Of a stretch of 64,000 nt of DNA, positions 38,660 through 50,585 are shown piece after piece. The notes below the pieces were generated by a model, which saw only the letters and a program-made list of their open reading frames with translations, made no database searches and had not been told where the DNA came from. Each line of letters begins with the position of its first letter. Within the stretch, counting starts at the first letter, position 1. Source of the DNA: Escherichia coli (lineage in GTDB: Bacteria; Pseudomonadota; Gammaproteobacteria; Enterobacterales; Enterobacteriaceae); the NCBI RefSeq assembly GCF_050920415.1, contig NZ_CP169309.1, one strand, 5' to 3'. The position numbers and the translations under genes were made by a program.

Positions 38660-41293
38660 TTATTTGGGAAGCGCTGTTCCCCATTCACGCCACTCTTTCG
38701 GTTCACTTTCCTGCAACAGGAAGTGCTTGCCTTCCTGGGCTTTCGGTGCCAGCGGCGTACCCGGAGGCGTAGCGAAGGCGATGCCGCCACGGATAAACTG
38801 GTTAAAGGTGCCGGTTTTCACGACGCCGCCCGTCAGACCAAAGTCCAGACTGTAACCCGATGCCAACCAGAAGACGGAATTGTTACGCACCAGGTGTTGA
38901 TAGCGTTTACTGATGCGCATCGCAATCATCACGCGATCTGACAATGTCCCCAGCGTCATTCCGGTAACCGTACCGACTTCCAGACCACGGAACAGCACAG
39001 GCGTACCGATGCCTAACGAACCGGCTTCCGGCGCTTCAACAATAATGCTTAAGCCATCCAGGTAACGCGAATCAGTTATGGTGGCCTCTTGTAATTCAAA
39101 GTCGCGGCGAGGATTGCCCCGGCCTGGTTCGACGTTGATATACGGCTGGAGGATAGTATCAAGATGCTCAACGCCAGCTGCCGAAATTTGCGGTGTGACC
39201 ACTGAGAAGCGTGTACCACCGCGTGCAAAGGTCTGGACATATTCCGGATAGAGTACCGCCTTTGCCTGTACTTCATTGCGCGCGGTAATCAGATCCAGCG
39301 TCTGGATTTGCCCGATATCAATACCGAGATAGCGAATTGGCATCCCGACCGCCAGTTTTCCGGCATCGAAAGCGTGAAGCGTAATTTGCCCGCCAACCGC
39401 ACGGGCCGCTGTTTCGGAAGCATACAGAATACGCTTGTCGCCTTTACGCTGACTGGCGCTGGCACCGCTGAGGTTATCGAAGCTAATAGCTCCCTTTAAT
39501 GCTCTGGAGAGCGGGGATGCCTGTACAGTCAGACCACTACCATTTAGCTGAACTTTCGCCCCACCTTCTGCCCAGAACACGCTGTTGCTGGTCAGAAGGT
39601 TGCGATACTCCGGCTTAATATGCAGATCGATATCAAACGCGTTAGCTCGCGGACGCACAGTAATAACTTCACCAACTTCAAATTTACGGTACAGTACTAC
39701 CGATCCTGCCTGCACATCTGGCAATGTCTCTGCACTCAAACTCACGGTTGTGGTGGGCAAATCGCTAAGGCTGTTCTCCAGTGCTTTTTCCAGATTGGCA
39801 TACAGTGGATAGCTGGCTTTCATCTCGCCTTTATCGCCTGGCAGAATACGTATCCCGCCGTTAATCCATTCTGAGGCGCTGGCACCGAGAAATTCAACGC
39901 CATCCAGCCCCACCTTCACGTCGACACGGCTGTTGACGACAAATTTGCTATCGCCTTTTACCAGTTCGCGATGCTGAGGCTCGATGGCGACGGTAAAGGT
40001 GACGCCTTTGCTGGTGAGTTTACGATCAATAACCTGGCCTACCTGCACGCCGTGAAGAATGAGCGGCTGACCAGCATCAATGCCGTAACTTTCTGGTGCT
40101 GTCAGGGTCAGCGTCAGAACATCTGGCTCATGGAGTAGGGCTTTTTCGCCAGGAACAACAATAAACTCTTTACGTGGCTCACCGTCGCCCGGCACCAACT
40201 CGAAGGTTTTGCCGGTCAGCAAGGCACTGAGATTAGCATCGCTAAGGGATAATTTTGGATTACGTAATTCGATGCGGGTATTTTCCCGTAACAGCGTGAC
40301 GACGCTGGGATCAACGGTCATTTCCCCAGTGACTTTACCACCAGGATTTAAATCCAGTTTAGTCAGCTGTCCGACTTCCAGCCCCTGATACATTAACGGC
40401 GTCGAGTCGGCGGTTAATCCGGCCCCACTCGGCAGTTCCAGTTTTATTATTACGCCACGCTGGCTGTGGGCGAGATCTTCATACAGACCAAAGGTATCTT
40501 CCGCCTCGGCAGGTTTCGACTCTTCAGGTGAATCGAAGGCAATCGCACCGTTAACCAGTGCCGCCAGACTTTCCAGTTTCACCTTCGCGCCACTGATACT
40601 GACGTTGGCATCAACGCCGGAAACGTTCCAGAAACGGCTACCTTTTTTCACCAGATCGGTAAAACGCCGCTCGATCAGGACATCAATCACCACGCCTTGC
40701 TTATTGGGATTGATGGCATAGTCGTAGACTTTACCCACCGGGATCTTACGGAAATATACCAATGAACCACTGTTCAGTGAACCGAGATCGGGGGCTTGCA
40801 GGTGGATCATCAGATCGCCATTATCCAGCCGATACTTCGGTTGGGTATCGAGTGCGACAAAGTGATCCTGCTCTTTACCTTTACCCGGCATCATGCCGAT
40901 ATAGTTACCCCCGACGAGGGCGTCCAGCCCGGAGACACCTGCCAACGAGGCTTTTGGCGTCACCAGCCAGAACTGTGTCTCCTCGCGCAGCGCATCTTTC
41001 ATATCGGACTTGATGCTGACTTTGACTTCAATCTTACGAAGATCGTCGCTCAGGCTGATATCCTGCACTGTTCCGACCTCAACGCCCTGATAACGAACAG
41101 GTGTGCGGCCCGGGACGATACCGTCCGCCGACATAAAGTCGATGGTGACGGTATTACCCCGATCCTGATAACTGTCCCAAATCAGCCAACCGGCAATCAT
41201 AAGCGCGATGAACGGCAGCAGCCAGAAAGGTGAGATACGGCGTTTATTTTTAATCTGCGCTTCAGTCGTCGAAGCGGGCGTTTCCTGACTCAT
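38660..41293 (-). CDS. letB: Multi-MCE-domain lipid transport protein LetB (YebT)
   Basis: 877 aa from [39 protein letters not shown]; N-terminal TM helix followed by repeated MCE domains. Confidence 0.93.
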   Translation of the reverse strand: MSQETPASTTEAQIKNKRRISPFWLLPFIALMIAGWLIWDSYQDRGNTVTIDFMSADGIVPGRTPVRYQGVEVGTVQDISLSDDLRKIEVKVSIKSDMKDALREETQFWLVTPKASLAGVSGLDALVGGNYIGMMPGKGKEQDHFVALDTQPKYRLDNGDLMIHLQAPDLGSLNSGSLVYFRKIPVGKVYDYAINPNKQGVVIDVLIERRFTDLVKKGSRFWNVSGVDANVSISGAKVKLESLAALVNGAIAFDSPEESKPAEAEDTFGLYEDLAHSQRGVIIKLELPSGAGLTADSTPLMYQGLEVGQLTKLDLNPGGKVTGEMTVDPSVVTLLRENTRIELRNPKLSLSDANLSALLTGKTFELVPGDGEPRKEFIVVPGEKALLHEPDVLTLTLTAPESYGIDAGQPLILHGVQVGQVIDRKLTSKGVTFTVAIEPQHRELVKGDSKFVVNSRVDVKVGLDGVEFLGASASEWINGGIRILPGDKGEMKASYPLYANLEKALENSLSDLPTTTVSLSAETLPDVQAGSVVLYRKFEVGEVITVRPRANAFDIDLHIKPEYRNLLTSNSVFWAEGGAKVQLNGSGLTVQASPLSRALKGAISFDNLSGASASQRKGDKRILYASETAARAVGGQITLHAFDAGKLAVGMPIRYLGIDIGQIQTLDLITARNEVQAKAVLYPEYVQTFARGGTRFSVVTPQISAAGVEHLDTILQPYINVEPGRGNPRRDFELQEATITDSRYLDGLSIIVEAPEAGSLGIGTPVLFRGLEVGTVTGMTLGTLSDRVMIAMRISKRYQHLVRNNSVFWLASGYSLDFGLTGGVVKTGTFNQFIRGGIAFATPPGTPLAPKAQEGKHFLLQESEPKEWREWGTALPK

Positions 41294-42545
41294 GTGCATC
41301 CCAAAGTAAGCGGCTGTCCAGCCATTCCACAGCAAGAATAGTCAAAATTACCGCTGCGCCGAAATAAAACGCAGCCGGTCCCATAGTAAAAGCGAGGATC
41401 TGATCGCGATTAATTAGCGACATGGTTAAAGATATGACAAACAGGTCGAGCATCGACCAGCGACCGATCCAGGTCACCATCCGCAGTAACAGAATCCGTG
41501 TGCGTAAACCTTGCTGGCATTTAAAATGAATGCTCAACAGTAAAGTGAACATGACGATCACTTTGGTAAATGGCACCAGAATACTGGCGATAAACACGAT
41601 TCCGGCGACCGCAATGTTGCTACTTGCCAGCGACATAATCCCGGAAAGAATCGTATCTTCCTGCCGGCCACCATTCAGATAAATGATAGAAATAGGTAAC
41701 AGGTTGGCAGGTAACAACAACACGATTGATGCTAACAGCGCCGCCCAGCACTTTTGCAGACTATGACGGCGACGCAGGCGTAGCGGGATATGGCAACGCG
41801 GGCAGCGACCACGCTGATCGGGATAGCCGGTAAAATGGCATCCCAGGCAGACACGAAGTTTCTCGTCCCTACGCGTAGCGGGGCGCTGTGGATAAAATCG
41901 CGCCCACAGTTCCTCGACATTAAGATGTGACAACGTCACCGTGGTCAATATCACTAATGCAACAAAAGAGAACAGACCAATACCCGCCTGAATGTGCGCA
42001 TAATCCTGCACCTTTATAGAAGCAACGCCAATACCGACCAGATAGATGTCCAGCATCACCCACTCTTTCAATCGCTCAAGCATCAGCAGTACCGGGCGTA
42101 GATTCATTCCCAGTCGGTTACCAAACCATAAATAAGCTATGGAGGTCACCAGAATAAGGGGGGCACCAATAACGCAAAAAAAGACCATCGCCCCCGTTAT
42201 TGCATCGCCCTGTTTGGTCATTTGCCAGATGCCTTGCATGACATTGGCGTCAATACGAATACCTAACAGCCAGATATGCAACAGCGGTTCGCCCCAGGCA
42301 AACGGCATCAGCAACAGCATGGTGAATGCCATTGCTGCCAGGCGCGTTAGCGACCAGTCGCGCCCGTCACGAATTTTTGCCTGACAGCGCGGACAATAGG
42401 CACTTTGATGAGAGTTTATCTCGGGTAGGCTAAACAGCATGTCACATTGCGGGCAACGTTGGTAATCACCACGCGGCAGTTCCTCGCCAATTGCCCTCAC
42501 TGTTATCTTTTTTGTCGGCGTAATTTGTGGTGTGTTAAGAGCCAT
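41262..42545 (-). CDS. letA: Inner membrane protein LetA (YebS), PqiA family
   Basis: 427 aa with zinc-ribbon-like CxxC pairs and multiple TM helices; its 3' end overlaps the letB start. Confidence 0.9.
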   Translation of the reverse strand: MALNTPQITPTKKITVRAIGEELPRGDYQRCPQCDMLFSLPEINSHQSAYCPRCQAKIRDGRDWSLTRLAAMAFTMLLLMPFAWGEPLLHIWLLGIRIDANVMQGIWQMTKQGDAITGAMVFFCVIGAPLILVTSIAYLWFGNRLGMNLRPVLLMLERLKEWVMLDIYLVGIGVASIKVQDYAHIQAGIGLFSFVALVILTTVTLSHLNVEELWARFYPQRPATRRDEKLRVCLGCHFTGYPDQRGRCPRCHIPLRLRRRHSLQKCWAALLASIVLLLPANLLPISIIYLNGGRQEDTILSGIMSLASSNIAVAGIVFIASILVPFTKVIVMFTLLLSIHFKCQQGLRTRILLLRMVTWIGRWSMLDLFVISLTMSLINRDQILAFTMGPAAFYFGAAVILTILAVEWLDSRLLWDAHESGNARFDD

Positions 42546-42674
42546 GACGTGCCAAATGTAATAAGAATTAACATTAATCTTAACCCATGATGGGAATGAT
42601 CTTGAGCATTAACGCATTTAATGCTTATTTTAATAGGCTGGCAGTTCCAGGTAAGACAACCAAGTGATTATATA

Positions 42675-43172
42675 ATGAACAAAACAGAATTTTACGCGGA
42701 TTTAAACCGTGACTTTAACGCGCTGATGGCGGGAGAAACCAGTTTTCTGGCAACGCTTGCTAACACCAGTGCGTTGTTATATGAGCGTCTCACTGACGTA
42801 AACTGGGCAGGTTTTTATTTACTTGAGGACGAGACGTTGGTTCTCGGACCGTTTCAGGGCAAAATTGCTTGTGTACGCATCCCCGTCGGGCGCGGTGTGT
42901 GTGGCACTGCAGTTGCCCGTAATGAAGTGCAGCGAATCGAGGATGTTCACGCTTTTGACGGACATATTGCCTGTGATGCAGCAAGTAATTCTGAAATTGT
43001 CCTGCCGCTGGTGGTGAAAAATCAGATTATTGGTGTTCTCGATATCGACAGTACCGTCTTCGGTCGCTTTACAGACGAGGACGAGCAGGGCTTACGTCAG
43101 CTTGTGGCACAGCTTGAAAAGGTGCTTGCAATGACGGATTACAAAAAATTCTTTGCGAGCGTCGCAGGATAA
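42675..43172 (+). CDS. msrC: Free methionine-(R)-sulfoxide reductase (GAF domain)
   Basis: 165 aa from MNKTEFYADLNRDFNALMAGE. Confidence 0.88.
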   Translation: MNKTEFYADLNRDFNALMAGETSFLATLANTSALLYERLTDVNWAGFYLLEDETLVLGPFQGKIACVRIPVGRGVCGTAVARNEVQRIEDVHAFDGHIACDAASNSEIVLPLVVKNQIIGVLDIDSTVFGRFTDEDEQGLRQLVAQLEKVLAMTDYKKFFASVAG

Positions 43173-43268
43173 TCAACGGATAACGTAGCATTTACTGATG
43201 GCGTCATTATAATGACGCCTGTTCATGCCTGCGCTTGTTGGCTACGTCCGTTGTAATCAGGAAATTTC

Positions 43269-43967
43269 ATGGAAAATCAACCTAAGTTGAATAGCAGTAA
43301 AGAAGTAATCGCGTTTCTGGCCGAACGTTTTCCCCACTGTTTCAGTGCGGAAGGTGAAGCGCGTCCGCTGAAAATCGGTATTTTTCAGGATTTGGTCGAT
43401 CGTGTTGCCGGGGAAATGAACCTGAGCAAAACGCAATTGCGATCCGCTTTACGTCTCTATACCTCGAGCTGGCGTTACCTTTACGGTGTTAAACCCGGCG
43501 CAACGCGTGTCGATCTTGACGGCAACCCATGCGGTGAGCTGGACGAGCAACATGTAGAGCATGCTCGCAAGCAGCTTGAAGAAGCGAAAGCACGTGTTCA
43601 AGCACAGCGTGCTGAGCAGCAAGCGAAAAAACGCGAAGCTGCCACAGCTGCTGGTGAGAAAGAAGACGCACCGCGCCGTGAACGCAAGCCACGTTCGACC
43701 ACGCCACGCCGCAAAGAAGGCGCTGAGCGTAAACCACGTGCGCAAAAGCCGGTAGAGAAAGCGCCAAAAACAGCAAAAGCACCTCGCGAAGAACAGCACA
43801 CCCCAGTTTCCGACATTTCAGCTCTGACTGTCGGACAAGCCCTGAAGGTGAAAGCGGGTCAAAACGCGATGGATGCCACCGTATTAGAAATCACCAAAGA
43901 CGGCGTCCGCGTCCAACTGAATTCGGGTATGTCTTTGATTGTGCGCGCAGAACACCTGGTGTTCTGA
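43269..43967 (+). CDS. proQ: RNA chaperone ProQ
   Basis: 232 aa with FinO-like N-domain, basic linker and C-terminal domain. Confidence 0.95.
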   Translation: MENQPKLNSSKEVIAFLAERFPHCFSAEGEARPLKIGIFQDLVDRVAGEMNLSKTQLRSALRLYTSSWRYLYGVKPGATRVDLDGNPCGELDEQHVEHARKQLEEAKARVQAQRAEQQAKKREAATAAGEKEDAPRRERKPRSTTPRRKEGAERKPRAQKPVEKAPKTAKAPREEQHTPVSDISALTVGQALKVKAGQNAMDATVLEITKDGVRVQLNSGMSLIVRAEHLVF

Positions 43968-43986
43968 AACGGAGGCCGGGCCAGGC

Positions 43987-46035
43987 ATGAACATGTTTTT
44001 TAGGCTTACCGCGTTAGCTGGCCTGCTTGCAATAGCAGGCCAGACCTTCGCTGTAGAAGATATCACGCGTGCTGATCAAATTCCGGTGTTAAAGGAAGAG
44101 ACGCAGCATGCGACGGTGAGTGAGCGCGTAACGTCGCGCTTCACCCGTTCTCATTATCGCCAGTTCGACCTCGATCAGGCATTTTCGGCTAAAATCTTTG
44201 ACCGCTACCTTAATCTGCTCGATTACAGCCACAACGTGCTGCTGGCAAGCGATGTTGAACAGTTCGCAAAAAAGAAAACCGAGTTGGGTGATGAACTGCG
44301 TTCAGGCAAACTCGACGTTTTCTACGATCTCTACAATTTGGCGCAAAAGCGCCGTTTTGAACGTTACCAGTACGCTTTGTCGGTACTGGAAAAGCCGATG
44401 GATTTTACCGGCAACGACACTTATAACCTTGACCGCAGCAAAGCTCCATGGCCGAAAAACGAGGCTGAGTTGAACGCGCTGTGGGACAGTAAAGTCAAAT
44501 TCGACGAGTTAAGCCTGAAGCTGACAGGAAAAACGGATAAAGAAATTCGTGAAACCCTGACTCGCCGCTACAAATTTGCCATTCGTCGTCTGGCGCAAAC
44601 CAACAGCGAAGATGTTTTCTCGCTGGCAATGACGGCGTTTGCTCGTGAAATAGACCCGCATACCAACTATCTTTCCCCGCGTAATACCGAACAGTTCAAC
44701 ACTGAAATGAGTTTGTCGCTGGAAGGTATTGGCGCAGTGCTGCAAATGGATGATGACTACACCGTTATCAATTCGATGGTGGCAGGTGGCCCGGCAGCGA
44801 AGAGTAAAGCTATCAGCGTTGGTGACAAAATTGTCGGTGTTGGTCAAACAGGCAAGCCGATGGTTGACGTGATTGGCTGGCGTCTTGATGACGTGGTTGC
44901 CTTAATTAAAGGGCCGAAGGGCAGTAAAGTTCGTCTGGAAATTTTACCTGCCGGTAAAGGGACCAAGACCCGTACTGTAACGTTGACCCGTGAACGTATT
45001 CGCCTCGAAGACCGCGCGGTTAAAATGTCGGTGAAGACCGTCGGTAAAGAGAAAGTTGGCGTGCTGGATATTCCTGGCTTCTATGTGGGTTTGACAGATG
45101 ATGTCAAAGTACAACTGCAGAAACTGGAAAAACAGAATGTCAGCAGTGTGATCATCGACCTGCGTAGCAATGGCGGTGGGGCGTTGACCGAGGCAGTATC
45201 GCTTTCAGGCCTGTTTATTCCTGCAGGTCCGATTGTTCAGGTTCGTGATAACAACGGTAAAGTTCGTGAAGACAGCGATACCGACGGTCAGGTCTTCTAT
45301 AAAGGCCCGCTGGTGGTGCTGGTTGACCGCTTTAGTGCTTCGGCTTCAGAAATCTTTGCTGCGGCAATGCAGGATTACGGTCGTGCGCTGGTTGTGGGTG
45401 AACCGACATTTGGTAAAGGCACTGTCCAGCAGTACCGTTCATTGAACCGTATTTACGATCAGATGTTACGTCCTGAATGGCCAGCTTTGGGTTCTGTTCA
45501 ATACACGATCCAGAAATTCTATCGCGTTAACGGCGGCAGTACGCAACGTAAGGGCGTAACGCCAGACATCATCATGCCGACAGGTAATGAAGAAACGGAA
45601 ACGGGAGAGAAATTTGAAGATAACGCGCTGCCGTGGGATAGCATTGATGCTGCAACCTATGTGAAATCAGGCGATTTAACGGCCTTTGAACCGGAGTTGC
45701 TGAAGGCGCATAATGCGCGTATCGCGAAAGATCCTGAGTTCCAGAACATCATGAAGGATATCGCGCGCTTCAACGCCATGAAGGACAAGCGCAATATCGT
45801 TTCTCTGAATTACGCGGTGCGTGAGAAAGAGAATAATGAAGATGATGCGACGCGTCTGGCGCGTTTGAACGAACGCTTTAAACGCGAAGGTAAACCGGAG
45901 TTGAAGAAGCTGGATGATCTACCGAAAGATTACCAGGAACCGGATCCTTATCTGGATGAGACGGTGAATATCGCACTCGATTTGGCGAAGCTTGAAAAAG
46001 CCAGACCCGCGGAACAACCCGCTCCCGTCAAGTAA
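43987..46035 (+). CDS. prc: Tail-specific periplasmic protease Prc (Tsp)
   Basis: 682 aa from MNMFFRLTALAGLLAIAGQTFA; PDZ and S41 peptidase regions. Confidence 0.95.
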   Translation: MNMFFRLTALAGLLAIAGQTFAVEDITRADQIPVLKEETQHATVSERVTSRFTRSHYRQFDLDQAFSAKIFDRYLNLLDYSHNVLLASDVEQFAKKKTELGDELRSGKLDVFYDLYNLAQKRRFERYQYALSVLEKPMDFTGNDTYNLDRSKAPWPKNEAELNALWDSKVKFDELSLKLTGKTDKEIRETLTRRYKFAIRRLAQTNSEDVFSLAMTAFAREIDPHTNYLSPRNTEQFNTEMSLSLEGIGAVLQMDDDYTVINSMVAGGPAAKSKAISVGDKIVGVGQTGKPMVDVIGWRLDDVVALIKGPKGSKVRLEILPAGKGTKTRTVTLTRERIRLEDRAVKMSVKTVGKEKVGVLDIPGFYVGLTDDVKVQLQKLEKQNVSSVIIDLRSNGGGALTEAVSLSGLFIPAGPIVQVRDNNGKVREDSDTDGQVFYKGPLVVLVDRFSASASEIFAAAMQDYGRALVVGEPTFGKGTVQQYRSLNRIYDQMLRPEWPALGSVQYTIQKFYRVNGGSTQRKGVTPDIIMPTGNEETETGEKFEDNALPWDSIDAATYVKSGDLTAFEPELLKAHNARIAKDPEFQNIMKDIARFNAMKDKRNIVSLNYAVREKENNEDDATRLARLNERFKREGKPELKKLDDLPKDYQEPDPYLDETVNIALDLAKLEKARPAEQPAPVK

Positions 46036-46040
46036 CATCA

Positions 46041-46070
46041 ATCAGGCACAAGAAATTGTGCCTGATTTTT
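46041..46070 (+). terminator. Rho-independent terminator after prc
   Basis: Hairpin atcaggcaca-agaaattg-tgcctgat followed by TTTTTT. Confidence 0.55.
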
Positions 46071-46226
46071 TAACAGCGGCAAGATGCCGTAAATCAGATG
46101 CTACAAAATGTAAAGTTGTGTCTTTCTGGTGACTTACGCACTATCCAGACTTGAAAATAGTCGCGTAACCCATACGATGTGGGTATCGCATATTGCGTTT
46201 TGTTAAACTGAGGTAAAAAGAAAATT

Positions 46227-47108
46227 ATGATGCGAATCGCGCTCTTCCTGCTAACGAACCTGGCCGTAATGGTCGTTTTCGGGCTGGTACTGAGCCTGAC
46301 AGGGATACAGTCGAGCAGCGTTCAGGGGCTGATGATCATGGCCTTGCTGTTCGGTTTTGGTGGTTCCTTCGTTTCGCTTCTGATGTCCAAATGGATGGCA
46401 TTACGATCTGTTGGCGGGGAAGTGATCGAGCAACCGCGTAACGAAAGGGAACGTTGGCTGGTCAATACTGTAGCAACCCAGGCTCGTCAGGCGGGGATCG
46501 CTATGCCGCAAGTGGCTATCTACCATGCGCCGGACATCAACGCTTTTGCAACCGGTGCGCGCCGTGATGCCTCTCTGGTTGCTGTCAGCACCGGTTTGCT
46601 GCAGAACATGAGCCCGGATGAAGCTGAGGCGGTAATTGCTCACGAAATCAGTCACATCGCCAATGGTGATATGGTCACCATGACGCTGATTCAGGGCGTG
46701 GTGAACACCTTCGTTATCTTTATTTCACGTATTCTGGCGCAGTTGGCTGCTGGCTTCATGGGCGGTAACCGTGACGAAGGTGAAGAGAGCAACGGCAACC
46801 CACTGATCTACTTTGCCGTCGCGACGGTGCTGGAACTGGTGTTTGGTATTCTGGCGAGCATTATCACCATGTGGTTCTCGCGTCACCGTGAATTCCACGC
46901 CGATGCGGGTTCAGCAAAACTGGTTGGTCGTGAGAAAATGATTGCCGCGCTGCAACGCCTGAAAACCAGCTATGAACCACAAGAAGCAACCAGCATGATG
47001 GCTTTCTGTATTAACGGGAAGTCGAAATCGCTCAGTGAGTTGTTCATGACTCACCCGCCGCTGGATAAACGTATTGAAGCTCTGCGTACGGGTGAATACC
47101 TGAAGTAA
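46227..47108 (+). CDS. htpX: Membrane zinc metalloprotease HtpX
   Basis: 293 aa with the HEISH zinc-binding motif. Confidence 0.95.
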
Positions 47109-47127
47109 TATGAAGTAAATACTAAAA

Positions 47128-47155
47128 AGCGCGTCCTGATCGACGCGCTTTTTTT
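47128..47155. terminator. Bidirectional terminator between the convergent htpX and yebQ
   Basis: Hairpin agcgcgtc-ctgat-cgacgcgct flanked by an A-run and a T-run. Confidence 0.55.
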
Positions 47156-48527
47156 ATGCCCTGGATCGTGGCTGGGTAATACGTAAGCCACTGACACAGG
47201 CAGCAATCACTGCCAGAATAGCCGCAGCCATCAGCGAGACGTGTGTACCATTATCACCAAACTGATTTAGCATCAGCGCCACCAGCGCCGCGCCACTACT
47301 CTGACCCAATAGACGAGCCGTCCCTAACATGCCACTGGCCCCACCGCTACGTTCGCGCGGAGCGGAGGTAATAATGGTGTGGTTATTGGGTGACTGGAAT
47401 AAGCCAAATCCAGCGCCACATAAGATCATCGGCCAGATAATATTGATATCCGCAGGTGACGCGGGCAGCAGAACCAGGGAAAAAAGCCCCGCAGCCATGA
47501 TGAACAACCCTAAAGCACCCAGCAATCCTGCATGTACGCGTTCAATCAAATAGCCTGCCAGCGGAGCCATCACCATTGTTGCTAACGGCCACGGTGTCAG
47601 AAGTAAACCTGTTTCGACTTCACTACGCCCGAGCACGGTTTGCAGGTAAAAGGGCAGGGAAACCATTGCCAGCATTTGTGCGCAGAAAGAGCAAACAGAT
47701 GTGCAAATAGAAAGTGAAAACAGCGGGATACGCAGTAAATCCACCGGTAGCAGCGGTACGGGAAGAGAAAGCTGGCGGCGAATAAAGAAAATACCAACGA
47801 CAACCATTACCACCAGTTCCGCGCCAATTAACGTCAGCGATTGCCCCTGAGCGAAACCACTCAATGCAGTAATAAGCAGGCCGAAGGTTAACGCGTTCAT
47901 CACGGCGCTGGGCAGGTCGAAACGGGGTTTACTGGCACGAGAGCCATTGGGTGGCAGAAAACGCATGGCCAGAAGCAGGGCGATAATACCCAACGGTACG
48001 TTGATTAAAAATAACCATTTCCAGGATGCGATGGAGAGGATTGCTGCAGCAATTGTCGGCCCGGCAGCAGAAGAGACGGCAACAATAAACGAGTTTATGC
48101 CCATCCCTCTACCCAGAAAACGTTGTGGATAGATCAGGCGGATAAGTGCGGTATTAACGCTCATCAACGCTGCACCGCCGAAACCTTGTATGACACGCGC
48201 AAGGGTGAGCATTTGTAGCGAATCAGAAAGGGCACAGAACAGTGAAGACAACAGAAAAACGACCAGACCGCATTTATAAATACGTCGATAGCCAAACATA
48301 TCGCCCAGAAACGAAAACGAGAGCAGGGAGATGACAATGGCGATTTGATAGGCGTTCACTACCCAGATGGAACTGGCCGGTGTGGCATGAAGGTCTGTGG
48401 CGATTGTTGGCAAGGCGACGTTGGCGATTGCGCCGTCAAGCACAGCCATCGAAATACCAATCACAATGGTTAATATCGCACCGTATCGCTGGGGCAACGG
48501 CAGGCCGTCGGCCTGAACTTTTGGCAT
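47154..48527 (-). CDS. yebQ: MFS transporter YebQ
   Basis: 457 aa from MPKVQADGLPLPQRYG; the listed ORF has an upstream extension. Confidence 0.88.
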   Translation of the reverse strand: MPKVQADGLPLPQRYGAILTIVIGISMAVLDGAIANVALPTIATDLHATPASSIWVVNAYQIAIVISLLSFSFLGDMFGYRRIYKCGLVVFLLSSLFCALSDSLQMLTLARVIQGFGGAALMSVNTALIRLIYPQRFLGRGMGINSFIVAVSSAAGPTIAAAILSIASWKWLFLINVPLGIIALLLAMRFLPPNGSRASKPRFDLPSAVMNALTFGLLITALSGFAQGQSLTLIGAELVVMVVVGIFFIRRQLSLPVPLLPVDLLRIPLFSLSICTSVCSFCAQMLAMVSLPFYLQTVLGRSEVETGLLLTPWPLATMVMAPLAGYLIERVHAGLLGALGLFIMAAGLFSLVLLPASPADINIIWPMILCGAGFGLFQSPNNHTIITSAPRERSGGASGMLGTARLLGQSSGAALVALMLNQFGDNGTHVSLMAAAILAVIAACVSGLRITQPRSRA

Positions 48528-48703
48528 AGGAATTTTATATCTTTGGTGAATAATCAACAGGGGTAAGATTCTAGCACTGATATTCACGGTGGATGTCGCA
48601 GAATTGTAACTAACCGGCAAAAGATGGATTGCGACCACCCAGGTGCGAAATTATAATAAAAAGCAGTTCTGATTTTTATAAAACACTCGCAATGAGGTGA
48701 TAA

Positions 48704-49495
48704 ATGGCTAACGCAGATCTGGATAAACAGCCTGATTCTGTATCTTCCGTGCTGAAAGTTTTTGGCATTTTGCAGGCGCTGGGTGAAGAGCGCGAAATAG
48801 GGATAACCGAGCTGTCGCAGCGCGTCATGATGTCAAAAAGCACCGTTTATCGCTTTTTACAGACCATGAAAACCTTGGGTTATGTGGCGCAGGAAGGGGA
48901 GTCGGAGAAATATTCGCTGACCCTGAAATTGTTTGAACTGGGCGCTCGTGCGTTACAAAACGTCGATTTAATTCGTAGTGCAGATATCCAGATGCGTGAG
49001 ATCTCCCGCCTGACCAAAGAAACGATCCACCTCGGTGCTCTGGACGAAGACAGTATTGTTTACATCCACAAAATTGACTCTATGTACAATTTGCGCATGT
49101 ATTCACGGATTGGGCGTCGTAATCCGCTGTACAGCACCGCGATTGGTAAGGTACTGCTGGCATGGCGCGATCGCGATGAAGTGAAGCAAATTCTTGAGGG
49201 CGTGGAGTATAAACGCAGTACCGAACGGACCATCACCAGTACAGAAGCGTTATTACCCGTTCTGGACCAGGTGCGCGAGCAGGGGTATGGCGAAGATAAC
49301 GAAGAGCAGGAAGAAGGACTGCGTTGCATTGCGGTTCCGGTATTTGATCGCTTTGGCGTGGTCATTGCCGGTCTGAGCATCTCCTTCCCGACGTTGCGTT
49401 TCTCTGAAGAGCGTTTACAGGAATATGTCGCAATGTTGCATACCGCGGCGCGCAAAATTTCTGCACAAATGGGTTATCACGACTATCCGTTCTGA
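48704..49495 (+). CDS. kdgR: IclR-family transcriptional regulator KdgR
   Basis: 263 aa ORF recognised as KdgR. Confidence 0.93.
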   Translation: MANADLDKQPDSVSSVLKVFGILQALGEEREIGITELSQRVMMSKSTVYRFLQTMKTLGYVAQEGESEKYSLTLKLFELGARALQNVDLIRSADIQMREISRLTKETIHLGALDEDSIVYIHKIDSMYNLRMYSRIGRRNPLYSTAIGKVLLAWRDRDEVKQILEGVEYKRSTERTITSTEALLPVLDQVREQGYGEDNEEQEEGLRCIAVPVFDRFGVVIAGLSISFPTLRFSEERLQEYVAMLHTAARKISAQMGYHDYPF

Positions 49496-49638
49496 TGAGA
49501 GTAAGAACCTGTCTGAATATCAAACAGACAGGTTCTTTATTTAGCATGAGAAAAATAAAGTTGAAGGTGGCGTTATATTAAACGCACTTGCGATAAGAAT
49601 ATTTTACTTATGAGTGAGAATCTGGTTATTTATTACCC

Positions 49639-49878
49639 TTAACCATTATCGACCACAATATTGCTTTTACGTAACAACGGGCAATCTGTTATCCCCAGAA
49701 AACCACTTTTAGTGTGCAGGTATTGTACCGTGCTGGTGCCTCTGGCGGTCAGATAGGTACATTGCAAACCTAATCCCGCGGCATTCTCTTTGCTTCCAAT
49801 CAAAACGCCATATCCGCTGAGTAATAATCCTATCCATACCAGTGCTATCAGCATAGCTGTGCGAATGATGAATCGCAT
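49639..49878 (-). CDS. yobH: Small membrane protein YobH
   Basis: 79 aa with an N-terminal hydrophobic segment. Confidence 0.7.
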   Translation of the reverse strand: MRFIIRTAMLIALVWIGLLLSGYGVLIGSKENAAGLGLQCTYLTARGTSTVQYLHTKSGFLGITDCPLLRKSNIVVDNG

Positions 49879-50035
49879 TACAACCTCTTCTCTTTTTATG
49901 TTCGCTTAATCGTAGCGGCAATATGCGCTGAAGCAAGCGACTCATTCTGAAAAAGCACGAATATCGACATAGTTAGGCGCTGTTTAACTAACACATGCTA
50001 GTTTAATGACATAAGGTAGGTGAAACGGAGATTGG

Positions 50036-50179
50036 AGTGAAAAAGTTTCGATGGGTCGTTCTGGTTGTCGTGGTGTTGGCTTGCTTGCTGCTTTGGGCGC
50101 AGGTATTCAACATGATGTGCGATCAGGATGTACAATTTTTCAGCGGAATTTGTGCCATTAACCAGTTTATCCCGTGGTG
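50036..50179 (+). CDS. mgrB: Small membrane protein MgrB (PhoQ feedback inhibitor)
   Basis: GTG start at 50036; translation [47 protein letters not shown] (47 aa); too short for the ORF track. Confidence 0.8.
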
Positions 50180-50254
50180 ATATCATTTTTTCAGCACTAG
50201 ATTTTCTTCCTCTCCAGCAGTGGTAGAATAGCGCCTCTACTCAGAGGTGGTGAA

Positions 50255-50542
50255 ATGAACGAAGTTGTAAATTCAGGCGTGATGAACATTGCGTCTTTGG
50301 TTGTATCGGTGGTGGTTCTTCTTATCGGGCTCATCTTGTGGTTTTTTATCAATCGTGCCAGTTCACGAACTAACGAACAGATTGAACTGCTTGAGGCGTT
50401 GCTGGATCAGCAAAAACGTCAAAATGCACTGTTACGTCGTTTGTGCGAAGCAAACGAACCTGAGAAAGAAGATAAAAAGACCGTTGAGAGTCAAAAATCG
50501 GTTGAAGACGAAGATATTATTCGTCTGGTCGCCGAACGGTAA
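50255..50542 (+). CDS. yebO: Small membrane protein YebO
   Basis: 95 aa with an N-terminal TM segment. Confidence 0.75.
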   Translation: MNEVVNSGVMNIASLVVSVVVLLIGLILWFFINRASSRTNEQIELLEALLDQQKRQNALLRRLCEANEPEKEDKKTVESQKSVEDEDIIRLVAER

Positions 50543-50557
50543 TCCTTCCTCAATCTT

Positions 50558-50585
50558 GAGTAACCCCGTCGTTGAAGGGTTACTC
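50558..50585 (+). terminator. Rho-independent terminator after yebO
   Basis: Hairpin gagtaaccc-gtcgttgaa-gggttactc. Confidence 0.5.

Noticed and set aside
49975-50035. Possible PhoP box upstream of mgrB (tgttta ... tagtttaa)
   Set aside because: The two half-sites are about 20 bp apart rather than the 11 bp periodicity of a canonical PhoP direct repeat; I could not place a convincing box by eye.
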